From positions 6,820,001 through 6,884,000 of the forward strand of contig OZ059897.1 of the NCBI GenBank assembly GCA_964057225.1: a DNA stretch of 64,000 bases, written 5' to 3'. Position 1 is the first letter of the stretch. The number at the start of each line of letters is the position of its first letter. Origin of the DNA: Auanema rhodensis. Its lineage: Eukaryota; Animalia; Nematoda. The position numbers and the translations under genes were made by a program. The notes under the pieces are model-generated. The model was not told the origin of the DNA and did not search any database. It saw nothing but the letters and a program-made list of their open reading frames with translations. Positions 13,070-24,952 of this stretch are shown here, in pieces.

Positions 13070-15543
13070 TTTAGATCTGAAGTTGAAATTAAAATACTGA
13101 AACTGACAAAGAATTCATTATAAGAGAAGCTGTAGTCATTGGAAGAGGAGAAAAGAATTTTTTTGAAAACTTATATAATAGAAAACCGGACAAAGCAGTC
13201 ACACGACTGATATATGAATAGACTGCTGATCACAGAAGGCGAATAGTAAATCTGATATAATTGATAGTCGTGACTCCGGGTTCTTATCATTTTCGAAAAA
13301 GAATAGACCATGAGACTAGGATGAAGAGATTAGGGCCTAGTAAGCTAGATAGGCAGTTTAAGAGTCAAACAGTTCTGATTTAAGCTTGAACTAATCAATG
13401 ACAAGCCAGATACGTCTGCTCAAAAACTGAAAAGACATGTAAATGAAGACGAGCTGTGTGGGGACGGTGATTAAATGCAAAACACAAGATAGGTTGATGT
13501 TCATTGCAAAATAAAAAAAAGAAGGAAATCTGTGATCAAGACTGATACAGATCAAATGTGATACTTGTTGCGGAAGCTAGAGTGTGGCCTACGTGATTCG
13601 TCATATAATTTGATAAAAGAATAAAGAAAAGGTCATACACATGTAAATAGAGTTCAGAAGAAATTTTGTAAAAATACATTTAGAAAGTAATAAAAGTTGT
13701 CGGTTTCTTTATAATACATAGATATATACATGTATATGCAATTGATTATATCTATAATTTTATATAATTATATTATTCATCTTATAAACTGATTTTAAGA
13801 TATTGACTGTATTTAATAAAACAAATTAATAGATTTTGAAGATTTTTATTTTACTGCACGTGAACGCTCAGACCGGTTGTTTCTTTTTCATTGAGTAATG
13901 TATTTTTCTGTTCAAACATGTAGTATAGTCAACGTTCATTAATGATAACATATGTTATTGCATCTTATTACATATCATTCAATTAGGCACCAATGAACTC
14001 AGGCTACAACGTCAAAAAGAGGCTTATCTCATTATCATGGACAAAAAAGTTTGTTTCCTTATCTTTTCTTGCAAATTTGTCATTATAAATGATACTAAAG
14101 CTTATCTCATATTCATATTTTCAAATAATTCGGATTGAAAAACAAATATTTCAACATTTTCAACTTCATTAGGTTTTTCAATACCATTTTCTTCTGTTTT
14201 AATATGTTTCTTTTCATTTTTTTTTCTCTAAAAAATAAGTATTATACATATATTTTTATATAATGTAGTTACATAAGTTTTTCAAATTAACTGAAAGAAA
14301 ACAAATTTTCCATTTTTTCACAACTGTGTTCTTGAATTTTCAACTTTCTTCTGACCGCCTTTTATGATGTTCTATTCTCCAAACTGTTTCCGATTTTAGT
14401 TGTTCATTTGTTTTAGTTATTCTACATATTTCATCCCAACTTCAGAGTTGTAACGTCTTGGGAAGAGGAATCACATCGATACTTGTATTATATTATGTAA
14501 AGCATGTAGTGCTGGAACATTTAGTGAATAACATGCCAATATAGTTTTAAGAATATAGAACAGAAGCAAAGACAAATGAAAAGTAACAATGAAAACCAAA
14601 ATATTCAAAGATAACGTATCGCTTAGACATAAGGAACAATTTAATTTTTACAATAAAATTATGAGTGGTCATTAGTTATCATTAGAAACATTTTTCCTGC
14701 AAATATTATACATGTCTGTAATTCTACTAACAAATTTAAAAAATCATTATCACAGTTGTATGGTAAGCTTCATCCTCATAGATTTGAAAAAACAGACAAT
14801 TCTAGAATATATATTGCTAAAATGCTTTATTAACCAGCTTTATCGCACGATAGAATATGTAGAACATACTCCGTAAAACCAAAAAAAGCAAACAATCACA
14901 TAGTTAAGATGAACACAAACTAATTTAAAAATTAATCAGGTTAATATGTAAATTGATCGATGATATACACTTCTTCTGGTTCTGGGTATGAATTCCAAAT
15001 AAACGTTACGATTTTGAATAAATTACAGGTTACTTCACCAAACAATTGAAAAGCAAATACCGAGAATATTAATTTGATTACGTATATTATCATTTGAAGT
15101 TTAAAATTGGATTTGGAGTGTTCTCTGTGTTGCTTGACTACTTAAAGATAAGCAAATGGAAGATATCGATCACAAGAATTGTAGATTCTAGTAAAATACT
15201 AACATAACAATACAAATTATTTTATATTTCGAAGAACTAATAAATTGGAAGAAAGTTTAAAGAGAAGGCAAACCTTTATCTGTGAAATAAACAACTTCAT
15301 TAGATAAATTATAAACGGGTTGATAAGGATTGTGAACATAGCTTAAACTCATTATGAGCTTTGAAAAAGTAACTTTTAAGCTTACTTTTTTTAATTTTTG
15401 GAAAAATTTTCACGTGAAAGTTCACGTAACCTAGAAATGAGCGGAAGTACGTAAATTATGAAAGTGGGTAGTGAATTAAGAAAATTTATAATCAAAAACA
15501 AATAATATAATATATTTGAACGGATTAAGAGAAAGTTCAATCC

Positions 15544-16929
15544 TCATGTAAGTACAAAAATATTTGTGCTGACTGGTACGAACGGTGATTTGAAGAAAAA
15601 CTTTTGTTGTACGCTTCTTAAGTTTAAAAAATCTAAAAGAAAAGAAAATATAAGATAATATTAAAGAATTGAAGCTTGCTCTATGTACTACTTACCCTTT
15701 TTAAACTTAGTTAAAATATGATTGTTGAAGACGATGATTCCAATTGTTGTGGCTAAACTATGCAATTGTATAAAAGTTATTAATATATGTGAAACATCTG
15801 AAATATATACACAGTGAAGTTATGTTATCTCTCAACATACCTAATGATACTGGAAAATCAAAAAACAGAATGAAATGCATGATTATCATAGGGCAAGCCA
15901 AAAAACTTGAAGGTATTAAAGTCTAAACATGTAATTTAGTATCTGGTTAATATCAATCGGATTCAAAATTGAAGCTATTCAATCATACAAATAGTATTTT
16001 ATCTTATTTATCAGCTATTTATCAGTTAAGGCTATACGAATTACCTGAAACTCGAGAGCCCTAAGTGATTTCCTGTGAAGTAGGCATGTTCTATTGGACA
16101 TAGATAGTTTATGTTTGTTCAGATTCCATATAATTAAGTATTTGAGGAGAAGTAGTGATGAAATAAATACTGTACTACTTATAAAAAAAAGAAATATTTC
16201 AATGCGTACAGAAAATTCCTGAGAATAACGTCCTATATTTGTGAATTTGGAATATGCAAAAGTACAGCATAAGATATACAGGACTGCAATAAGCATAAAA
16301 GGAAAATGATTATATGTATATCTGGAGTTCATTAACCAACCTTAACTAAACTTTCCATACTGGATGAAGTATGAGGAATACTTGTCATAGTAAACACAAA
16401 GGGAACTGTGTACAACAGAATAATCACACAAATTCCAGAACGAAAAAGCTTTGTTGAACCATTGGATTTGTCACCACATACTAGCCAATACCGATAGAAA
16501 AATAAAATGATACACATGGCAAAGCTAATAAAATGAAGAAATACATCGATGTCAGTTTGATAATAAAAGGAAATTCCCAACGAATTAAGAGGGCCAATGC
16601 TATATCCAGATAACAGCGGCAAGTAATATACAGGAATCTAAGATAAATTTGTTTATTTGTTGCTTCTGTTTCTAATGTATTACTGATAATAAGGTTACAC
16701 ATGCACCAGAAATTAAGCAGGAAATATGATAAACATAGATGTAATACTTGTATGATCCATATTCATCTATGAATGTTTTACTCATCAAATGAGAACAATA
16801 TATTCCAAAGATTAAAGTTATTGCACCAATAACGTATGAAACAATTATAAACCATAGTTTGGCTTCAGGAACAGAAGTGCCTGGACAATAAGCTAGCTCA
16901 TATTTGGAAATGTTGACCGCTGTCAACAT
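15544..16929 (-). CDS. Serpentine 7TM chemoreceptor (Srh/Sri/Str superfamily); one internal splice junction is ambiguous
   Basis: YKYYIYVYH, P.YYLPLLSGYSIGPLNSLGI...Q, LFFYRY, MSNRTCLLHRKSLRALEFQ and QLHSLATTI resemble Srh-type motifs; multiple hydrophobic segments. Confidence 0.8.
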
Positions 16930-17810
16930 CTGTAGAATACTTGATGACAACTCACGGAAGTACACGAAAAATAGTCCTAATACGACATTTATATATACTT
17001 ATGTATACTATATTTAAATTAATCGTAATGAGATACAATTAACTTCTTGTACTAAATATGTTCATAACTTGACATTTATTTCAGAAGTACACAATATCTT
17101 ATTGAATCGTATCAAATTCTTACATTGAATTTCCGTGAAACAATCATGAAAAACAAATTTAGATTATTATTATTCATAAATTTTAATTTAATGACAATTA
17201 GAATGATTGATTTGAAAAAAAAGTTAGAGAAAATGAGATATTTAAGAAAATCAAATAAATAGTTATTAAATTTGAAAAGTTTTCAGACATGTATCACGGA
17301 TATCAGTTGATGAAATTAGTTTTTCTCATTATAAAGAAAGAAATATATGTACCCAAAAATCATTGTGGACTGAAATTTAAAGAAAAAAATGGATCTGAGA
17401 CTTTTGCTGATGATTTTATGTTTTTGTCTGTTACTGAACCTAAAATTAGTAAAATAATTGAAAAAAAAAATTAGTGATGTAGCGTTTCTTCAAATATATT
17501 TTCGAGTTTTCTAAATTCTTTAATATGATAAGTAACTTATATGCATTATATTATATTTCCGATCACCAAGTTTGATATGTTGTTGTTTCATCAGTCAAGT
17601 CAAGTAATTGCATAAATTCTTTTAACTTCCATTGCTCCATAGCAGACTTTCATTTGGAAAAATGCTTTGAGAGAAGTGTTTACTATTGAAATTGTATAAT
17701 GTTTGTTGGTTAATGTATTATATACATAAAATGTTAAGCGAACAAATAGTTACAATTTAAATTTTGAATTTTAAAGATTTTCTTTAAATTTTGCATTTTT
17801 CTCTGAATGT

Positions 17811-17861
17811 ACGTTTGAAATGTTGGCACGTGAGCGCTTCACGTGCCAACATTTTAAACGT
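17811..17861. repeat. Near-perfect DNA palindrome (23-bp arms, 1 mismatch, 5-nt loop) containing two CACGTG cores
   Basis: acgtttgaaatgttggcacgtga-gcgct-tcacgtgccaacattttaaacgt. Confidence 0.9.
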
Positions 17862-18359
17862 GTATTTTATGCTAATTAGATAATAAGTGAGCATGACATA
17901 GAGAGTAAAAGAAACGGAATAACTATGATAAAACATTAAATTGAATAGCTTTTAAATATATTTTTATTTATTTAAGAGATTGTAGAGAATAAGTTACAAC
18001 ACAAGTTTACAAGTTAATTTATCTATCTCGCTCTCTACCTCATCTACCTCGCATACGTTATACATACTATGTACATATATAATATAGTATAATATTTATA
18101 TATTTATATGTATGTGAGTTAGATGAATTAGGTTTCTAGATTATAAAATAAGCTTTTATTGCGAGGAGAAAGGGTGTGGCTAGTGCTTACGGAAGAGCTA
18201 CTGATTTGGGAAAGTTCAAAAAGCAAGATAATGAACTGAAAATTCAATATTTTCACAAAAAATCAATTGATGTTTGTACAACTGAAATCATTGAATTAGA
18301 TCTCATTAATGACACTTTCCAATTGAAATGATCGTATTGCTCCTTTGCCACACCCTTTG

Positions 18360-18725
18360 TGATAAGCTTGTTCATCATAAAGATCAAACTAATATTTTTA
18401 AAAAAGATCACAAGATTAAAAAATACAAAGCAATATATTTGAATATATTATTCGAACTTAGTGATAATACAATTGATATGAATGTATATGATGTGTGTAT
18501 ATCCAAAAATTAATATAAATATACATATATATCTTCCTATAGTAAAGTTATAACATACAAAGTTCGGATGTGATGTACTATCTGGAGGCTTATGTTTCTG
18601 TTAAACGTTAAAACCAATTAGCTAATCTAATATACTAGATGCAAGATTAGATAGCAGTTGAGATTTCTATACTACTGATATCATGCAATTTTTATCAAAA
18701 CATATTCTAAGATGAGTATATATAC
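18360..18725 (+). promoter_or_regulatory. Putative intestinal-type promoter of lysA (GATA sites plus TATA-like element)
   Basis: TGATAA at 18360 and 18462, TTATCA at 18692, TATATATA at about 18717; ATG at 18775. Confidence 0.45.
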
Positions 18726-18774
18726 CAAAGTTTGAAGCTAGCTATTAACAAGCTGTCATACTTTGTTCTAAACA

Positions 18775-19784
18775 ATGAAACTCTTCATCTTGGTCAACTT
18801 CATCCTTATCGGATATGCCGCAGCTCAGGTATTTCCATTCTTCTCAGCTTCTTTCTTATTCATTTTTAATATTTCAGTATAAGATACAAGGAATTGATAT
18901 TAAACAACCAGTAACAGAAGCACAGGTTCGCTGTTTAAAAGCTGAGAATGTCATCTCGCTTTACATCAGGTTACTTCGTAGTTAAAGATTTTTCATTCGA
19001 ACTGATGTTGCTTTCAGAGCTTATATGTCTTTGAATGGGGGAATGTTCGACCACAATGCTTGTGCTAGTTACAAAAGTTCTTCCCAATGTAAGATTTTCA
19101 TGTTTTACCTGAACAACCACCACTGCTCTTCGTAGTCTGAAAAGGAAAAATGAAAAATTGAAAAACGCGCACTTTCTTACAGATGCTATTACTCATGTGT
19201 ACATGGACCCAGCTCCTATTGGATCGAAGACTGGAAAAGATCAGATTGAAGAGATGTTTACCGGATTAGCCAAATGTAGTTTAGATTCTTACATCAAATT
19301 CTTCTGGATTTCGGTAGAAAACCCATAGCAATTGATGAGAAATTATGTAATTCAGGTTGTATCTCCATCTATTTGGAGTCATAATAGCAATCAGAATCTC
19401 AACTTTATCAAAGACTTGGTTAGAACTTCTGAAGCAAAGGTATAGAACTTTCAATGTCAATTCGGATTTTTTTTATTAAGAATGTTTCTATCGGAATTTA
19501 TACCAATGAACATGATTGGAATGCTATTACTGGAAGTGCCAATCATACTATATTAACCACCGGAACAGAGCCCATTGCATTATGGTATTTCTTACAATTT
19601 TCAAATTTAATTTAATTTTAACTATTTGAGGTATGCTAATGCTCCTCAGTCTGGAGAAGCCGCTCAGAATTTGGACAACTTCAAGCCTTTTGGTGGATGG
19701 GAATCAAAATTGGTTAACACAGTACAGTATGCTAAGAGTGCAACTGTTTGTAAAATTTCTTGTAACAAGGATTTCTTTGTATAA
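18775..19784 (+). CDS. Protist-type (GH25-related) lysozyme, lys-1/2/7/8-like ('lysA', parental copy), 7 exons
   Basis: Signal peptide MKLFILVNFILIGYAAA; motifs GIDI..PV...QV.CLK, YIR|AY...GG.FD.N, VYMDP, K.GKDQI.EM, FWIS|VVSP..W, IGIYTNEHDW..ITG, LW|Y, NFKPFGGW, VQY and CNKDF*. Confidence 0.93.
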
Positions 19785-20767
19785 TTTTTATTATACATAT
19801 ATTCATTTGAAAAAAAATATTATTATTTAAATAAAAGTTATTTTGTTCTTTATTCTTGTAAATTTTTCTAATAATTTTACGAAATCACAATTATAAATGT
19901 AACATTTATTGAAATTAGTTTATCTTTTCAATGTAGAGACGGTTTTCATGGTATACTGTAATGATACAGTACATCACTCTTGTCCAGTTTTGCGAGTTGC
20001 CAACCTATGATATACTGGTTCGGGTAGAAAGGTTAAAAAAGTTTTTAAAAGTAATTAGAATATTCTATCTATCATCTGGATATAGCTTTGAAATGATAAT
20101 TTCCTTAAAAAAATCGTTCTCAACAATATTTTTACTCATTTTTTCTATTTATGTGGCGTTCAAATTTAAATTTTTCATTTAACAAACTTTTAAAATCTAA
20201 AACATATTTTAAAATAGAAAAATACTCATTCAACATATTAATCATGTAAAGCAAATATTGTAAAAACATTGAGATCTAATATCATTAGTTATACTTAAAG
20301 CATGTTCTACAGCATGTATGAAATTGAAATTTAATTTTTGATTGTAAACAAATAAAATCGGTTGCTTCTTACTTTGATGTCAACACACAAATTATACATT
20401 AATAATACAAATGAACATATTTAATAAACAAGACAATATCCTGACAAAAAGAAAACAATGGTTTGAATTAATAAATCCAATTTTAGATAATCAATCTGTA
20501 AAGATTGATTTTTTTTGCGATAAGAAGAGTGTTGCAACTAACTGTTTTCCGTTATCACAGAATGAGGAAGAGATTGCAGAGTGAATAGAAATATGATATA
20601 CGAGAGACAGAGAGAAAGAAAGAGGGAGAAAGAGAGAAAGAAAGAGGGCGAAAGAGAAGAAAATAATTTTTGTCTCTAAAAATTGTTCTGAAAACCGAAG
20701 GAAAATTATAATCAATTCCCAATAAATTGTCACTCTCTGTCATTTTACCTAGAAATTCTCTTTAAAA

Positions 20768-21788
20768 ATGCGGCTTTTCGCACTCTGTTGCATCTTGGTA
20801 GGCATAGCTAAAGCGAAGGTATTTTTTTTACAAATATCAGTTGTTTTTTATAATTTTTAAAAATGTTTTAGGATCCTTTTCAACAAGAAATTGATATTAA
20901 ACAGCCTATAACTCAAGCACAGGTAAATTGCCTAAAAGCCAACAATATCTCCACTGTTTATGCCAGGTATTTCCAGAAATGAAAAATTGCTATAAACTAA
21001 ACATTTGAGAGCCTACACCTCAGCAAATGGTGGAATGTTTGATTATAACATCTGTAACACCTACAAAGCCGTGAGCCAGAGTATGTATTACTTGTTCTTT
21101 CATCAAAGATAAAACCGATTAGCATCTTATGAACGAGATAAATAATCATTACAAATGTTGTATTACAGCTAATATATTTCCTGATCTTTACATGGAACCT
21201 TCTGTTAGTGGAGGAAAAACAGCTAAAGATCAATTCAACGAGATGTATTCAGGTTTAACTAGTCCACAATGTAATTACCATGCAAACTATTTTTGGCTTT
21301 GGGTATACAACTCTATCGTATGTGCCAATGTATCATTCACTTTATAGGTTGTATCTCCGCAAAATTGGAAGAAAGATCCAACAGTTAATGTGCGGTTTAT
21401 CAAAGATATTATTGATGCTGCTTTGGCTAAAGTGAGAAACTTGAGTTTGAACTTGAGCGTTTATATTATTTTGTTTTCAGTTGGTTTTTGTAGGCATCTA
21501 TACAAATGAAAATGATTGGAAAACTATAACTCAAAACACTGACCATCATGAACTGGGAGCTGGTCGTTATCCATATGGATTATGGTATCTTGTAGATTAA
21601 ATTATTTTAGTTTTACTTATATTATTTTCAGGTTAGCAAATGGTACAAAAAGCGGACAAGATCCACATAGTTTAAATGGATTTAATCCTTTTGGTGGATT
21701 CACAATTAATGATATTTGTTCTGTACAATATTCCCAAAACGAAAATATTTGTGGAATAGCTTGTAATAGAGATTTTGGTCCAAGCTAA
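20768..21788 (+). CDS. Second protist-type lysozyme paralog ('lysB', the only complete copy), 7 exons
   Basis: Signal peptide MRLFALCCILVGIAKA; same exon structure and motifs as lysA (EIDIKQP, YAR|AY, LYMEP, FWLW|VVSP, VGIYTNENDW, FNPFGGF, CGIACNRDF). Confidence 0.92.
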
Positions 21789-22347
21789 GTGAACTGTCTC
21801 ATAGTTTACGGATTTAAATTGAAATCCAACAACTTTCATATGTAGATTTTGAACATAAAGCTGATGTAGACCACTATATTCTTTTTTTTCTCCATTTGAT
21901 TGCTTAATCACTTATTGGTTTCTCAGATCCAATAGTGTAGATTTAGAGTTTGTGCTGTTTAGAATAGAATTCTATCCTCTACGGGTAATATTCTAAGTCA
22001 AAATCTAACTTATACAGTTTGGTTTCTAATGTAAACCATTTGAAGATTGTCATTTCGACCGGAAAAGCATTAAATGAAGCAGTTGAGCTTTTAAAAACTA
22101 AGAAAATACAGTTTTGAATCTATATTATATCATATTCATATTTTTATATTAGAAAATAAGGAGAGATGTCGAAATCATAGGTCTTCTCTGACTCACTGCA
22201 ACCTGGTACAAGAGGGACCGACAATGGAGAAGCTTCCAGACAACCTCATAAACCATTAATTGCTGGCAAACAAGCATAACACGAGTTGTAACACAACCAA
22301 TGAGCTATTGAAAAGAAATGGTCCAACACCAACATATTAATGGTTGA

Positions 22348-22516
22348 ACTGTTAAGAAAGCGAAATGATTCAACGAGAATGAACTTGATAAACACCATTT
22401 TACGTATGTATATGACTAGTTAAACCTGAATACATCTCGTTGAATTGATCTTTAACTGTTTTTCCTCCACTAACAGAAGGTTCCATGTAAAGATTAGGGC
22501 TCAACTTTGTAGATCA
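22348..22516. repeat. 169-bp junction element X (7 direct copies: 22348, 27187, 28239, 32493, 33545, 38384, 39436) containing an inverted 85-bp piece of lysB exon 4
   Basis: actgttaagaaagcg...tttgtagatca recurs. 22414-22498 is the reverse complement of 21180-21264 with 2 mismatches. Confidence 0.93.
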
Positions 22517-22598
22517 AACAAAAGCAAAAAATTATTTATTAAATATAACAAAGATAGAAGAATCACCATATACATCAATCGTACATGTGTATTTGGAA

Positions 22599-24600
22599 TT
22601 ACTGCAATTCTTCTTTTATTTTAACTCCATCATGATTATCATCGACATCAGCTTCTGTATCTTCTGAAAATTGAACTTCTTTTTTAACTTTAAAAGAAAA
22701 AATTCTCACCTGCTTCTTCTTCTCTTTTAAATCTTTGATAAGTTGCTCCAACATTGGCAATGAAAATAGGTTTCATTTCATCAAAACTGTTATAATTAGT
22801 AACATTATCACCAATTGTAAGTTGATAAGTAAGCCCTTGATGAGAAAATTCTTCTGAAAATTAACTTTCTTTTACTGCAATCACATAACACTTACTTTCA
22901 TAATCTATAATATATTGTATAGCATCTTCTATATGTTCGAAACCTTTTAAATTCTTGCGAGAAAATCTAGTAGTCTGTTGTTCAGCGGTAGCCCAGCTTG
23001 TGAAGACTCCCATTTTTTTACCATGAGCAACAGCATAATAGTTTTTTAGTACATTTTTGTTTAATTTAGCCATTTCTTCTGTTATTTCTTCAATTTCTAT
23101 TGGTTCCTATAATATTTTGAAAACTAAAAAATTATCCAACAAAGACTAACCTTCTGAATATCATCAGTTAAACTCGAATCTTCTTTTTTCTTTTCCGAAG
23201 AGATTTCATTGGCATCATGATTATCATCGACATCAGCTTCTGTATCTTCTGAAAATTGAACTTCTTTTTTAACTTTAAAAGAAAAAATTCTCACCTGCTT
23301 CTTCTTCTCTTTTAAATCTTTGATAAGTTGCTCCAACATTGGCAATGAAAATAGGTTTCATTTCATCAAAACTGTTATAATTAGTAACATTATCACCAAT
23401 TGTAAGTTGATAAGTAAGCCCTTGATGAGAAAATTCTTCTGAAAATTAACTTTCTTTTACTGCAATCACATAACACTTACTTTCATAATCTATAATATAT
23501 TGTATAGCATCTTCTATATGTTCGAAACCTTTTAAATTCTTGCGAGAAAATCTAGTAGTCTGTTGTTCAGCGGTAGCCCAGCTTGTGAAGACTCCCATTT
23601 TTTTACCATGAGCAACAGCATAATAGTTTTTTAGTACATTTTTGTTTAATTTAGCCATTTTTTCTGTTATTTCTTCAATTTCTATTGGTTCCTATAATAT
23701 TTTGAAAACTAAAAAATTATCCAACAAAGACTAACCTTCTGAATATCATCAGTTAAACTCGAATCTTCTTTTTTCTTTTCCGAAGAGATTTCATTGGCAT
23801 CATGATTATCATCGACATCAGCTTCTGTATCTTCTGAAAATTGAACTTCTTTTTTAACTTTAAAAGAAAAAATTCTCACCTGCTTCTTCTTCTCTTTTAA
23901 ATCTTTGATAAGTTGCTCCAACATTGGCAATGAAAATAGGTTTCATTTCATCAAAACTGTTATAATTAGTAACATTATCACCAATTGTAAGTTGATAAGT
24001 AAGCCCTTGATGAGAAAATTCTTCTGAAAATTAACTTTCTTTTACTGCAATCACATAACACTTACTTTCATATTCTGTAATATATTGTATAGCATCTTCT
24101 ATATGTTCGAAACCCTTGAATTTATTGTGAGGAAATCCAGTAGTCTGTTGTTCAGCGGTAGCCCAGCTTGTGAAGACTCCCAATTTTCTACCAACAGCAA
24201 CAGCAAAATAGTTTTTTGGTACATTTTTGTTTAATTTAGCCATTTCTTCTGTTATTTCTTCAATTTCTATTGGTTCCTATAATATTTTGAAAACTAAAAA
24301 ATTATCCAACAAAGACTAACCTTCTGAATATCATCAGTTATCTTTTCCGAAGAGATTTCAGGAAAATTGTGAGTTTTGCTTGATTCAGTCCTTGCGTCTC
24401 GGCTAAAAAAAAGAAATAGTTTAATATAATTTAATTATAATAAAGCAAATCACAAAGAATAATTGATGTAATCGCACGATATGGGAAAACTTTCAAATTT
24501 CTACAATTAGTGAAAACTGTTAACGACTAGTAGTACCAGCTTCTTCTGACAAATACGTTACTTTCATACCCTTATATACAAAAGAAAATTCTAATTTCAT
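22599..24600 (-). CDS. Tandem RNase H1 hybrid-binding-domain (Cauli_VI) protein, copy 1: 3 HBDs, about 489 aa, no catalytic RNase H domain
   Basis: NYFAVAVGRKLGVFTSWATAEQQTTGFPHNKFKGFEHIEDAIQYI matches the HBD pattern YAV..GR..GVF.TW......Q...FP...FK.F. Each 585-bp unit has 3 exons (211+144+98 = 453 nt, 151 aa, frame preserved) and 3 GT-AG introns (42, 46, 44 nt). Ends DGVKIKEELQ* with AATAAA about 60 nt downstream. The first two small exons are less certain. Confidence 0.82.
22628..24340. repeat. 585-bp intragenic tandem repeat, about 3 units (also 28519-29646, about 2 units; 33825-35537, about 3 units)
   Basis: ORFs at 22861/23446/24031, 28752/29337 and 34058/34643/35228 are spaced exactly 585 bp apart. 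Confidence 0.97.
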
Positions 24601-24835
24601 ATAGTTCTTTTGAGAATTGATAAAGAATGAGTCGGATTGAGCTTGAATTCAAGATGAATATATAAGAAATATAAGACGAGGAGAGCTATCATGGGCGGTA
24701 CAATAACAATGATGCCTATAGCGCGAATGTCAGCTTTAAGTATATGAGGTGGGTGGTTCTAGAAGGTGCGAATGTATGAAACTCCTACCACATGACGTCA
24801 TGCTTCCAGACGGTTCCCTAAGAAATTATGAAATT

Positions 24836-24950
24836 GATTTAAAAGAGAAGAAGAAGCAGGTGAGAATTTTTTCTTTTAAAGTTAAAAAAGAAGTTCAATT
24901 TTCAGAAGATACAGAAGCTGATGTCGATGATAATCATGATGGAGTTAAAA
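24836..24950 (+). repeat. 115-bp inverted copy of the HBD gene 3' end (22619-22733), including an intron; also at 30142 and 36033
   Basis: gatttaaaagagaag...catgatggagttaaaa is the reverse complement of 22619-22733 and carries the terminal-unit-specific GGAGTTAAAA. Confidence 0.93.
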
Positions 24951-24952
24951 AG

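Noticed and set aside
22160-22347. GC-richer coding-like fragment downstream of lysB in each unit
   Set aside because: The frames I translated contain stops and no motif was recognised; left as unassigned filler.
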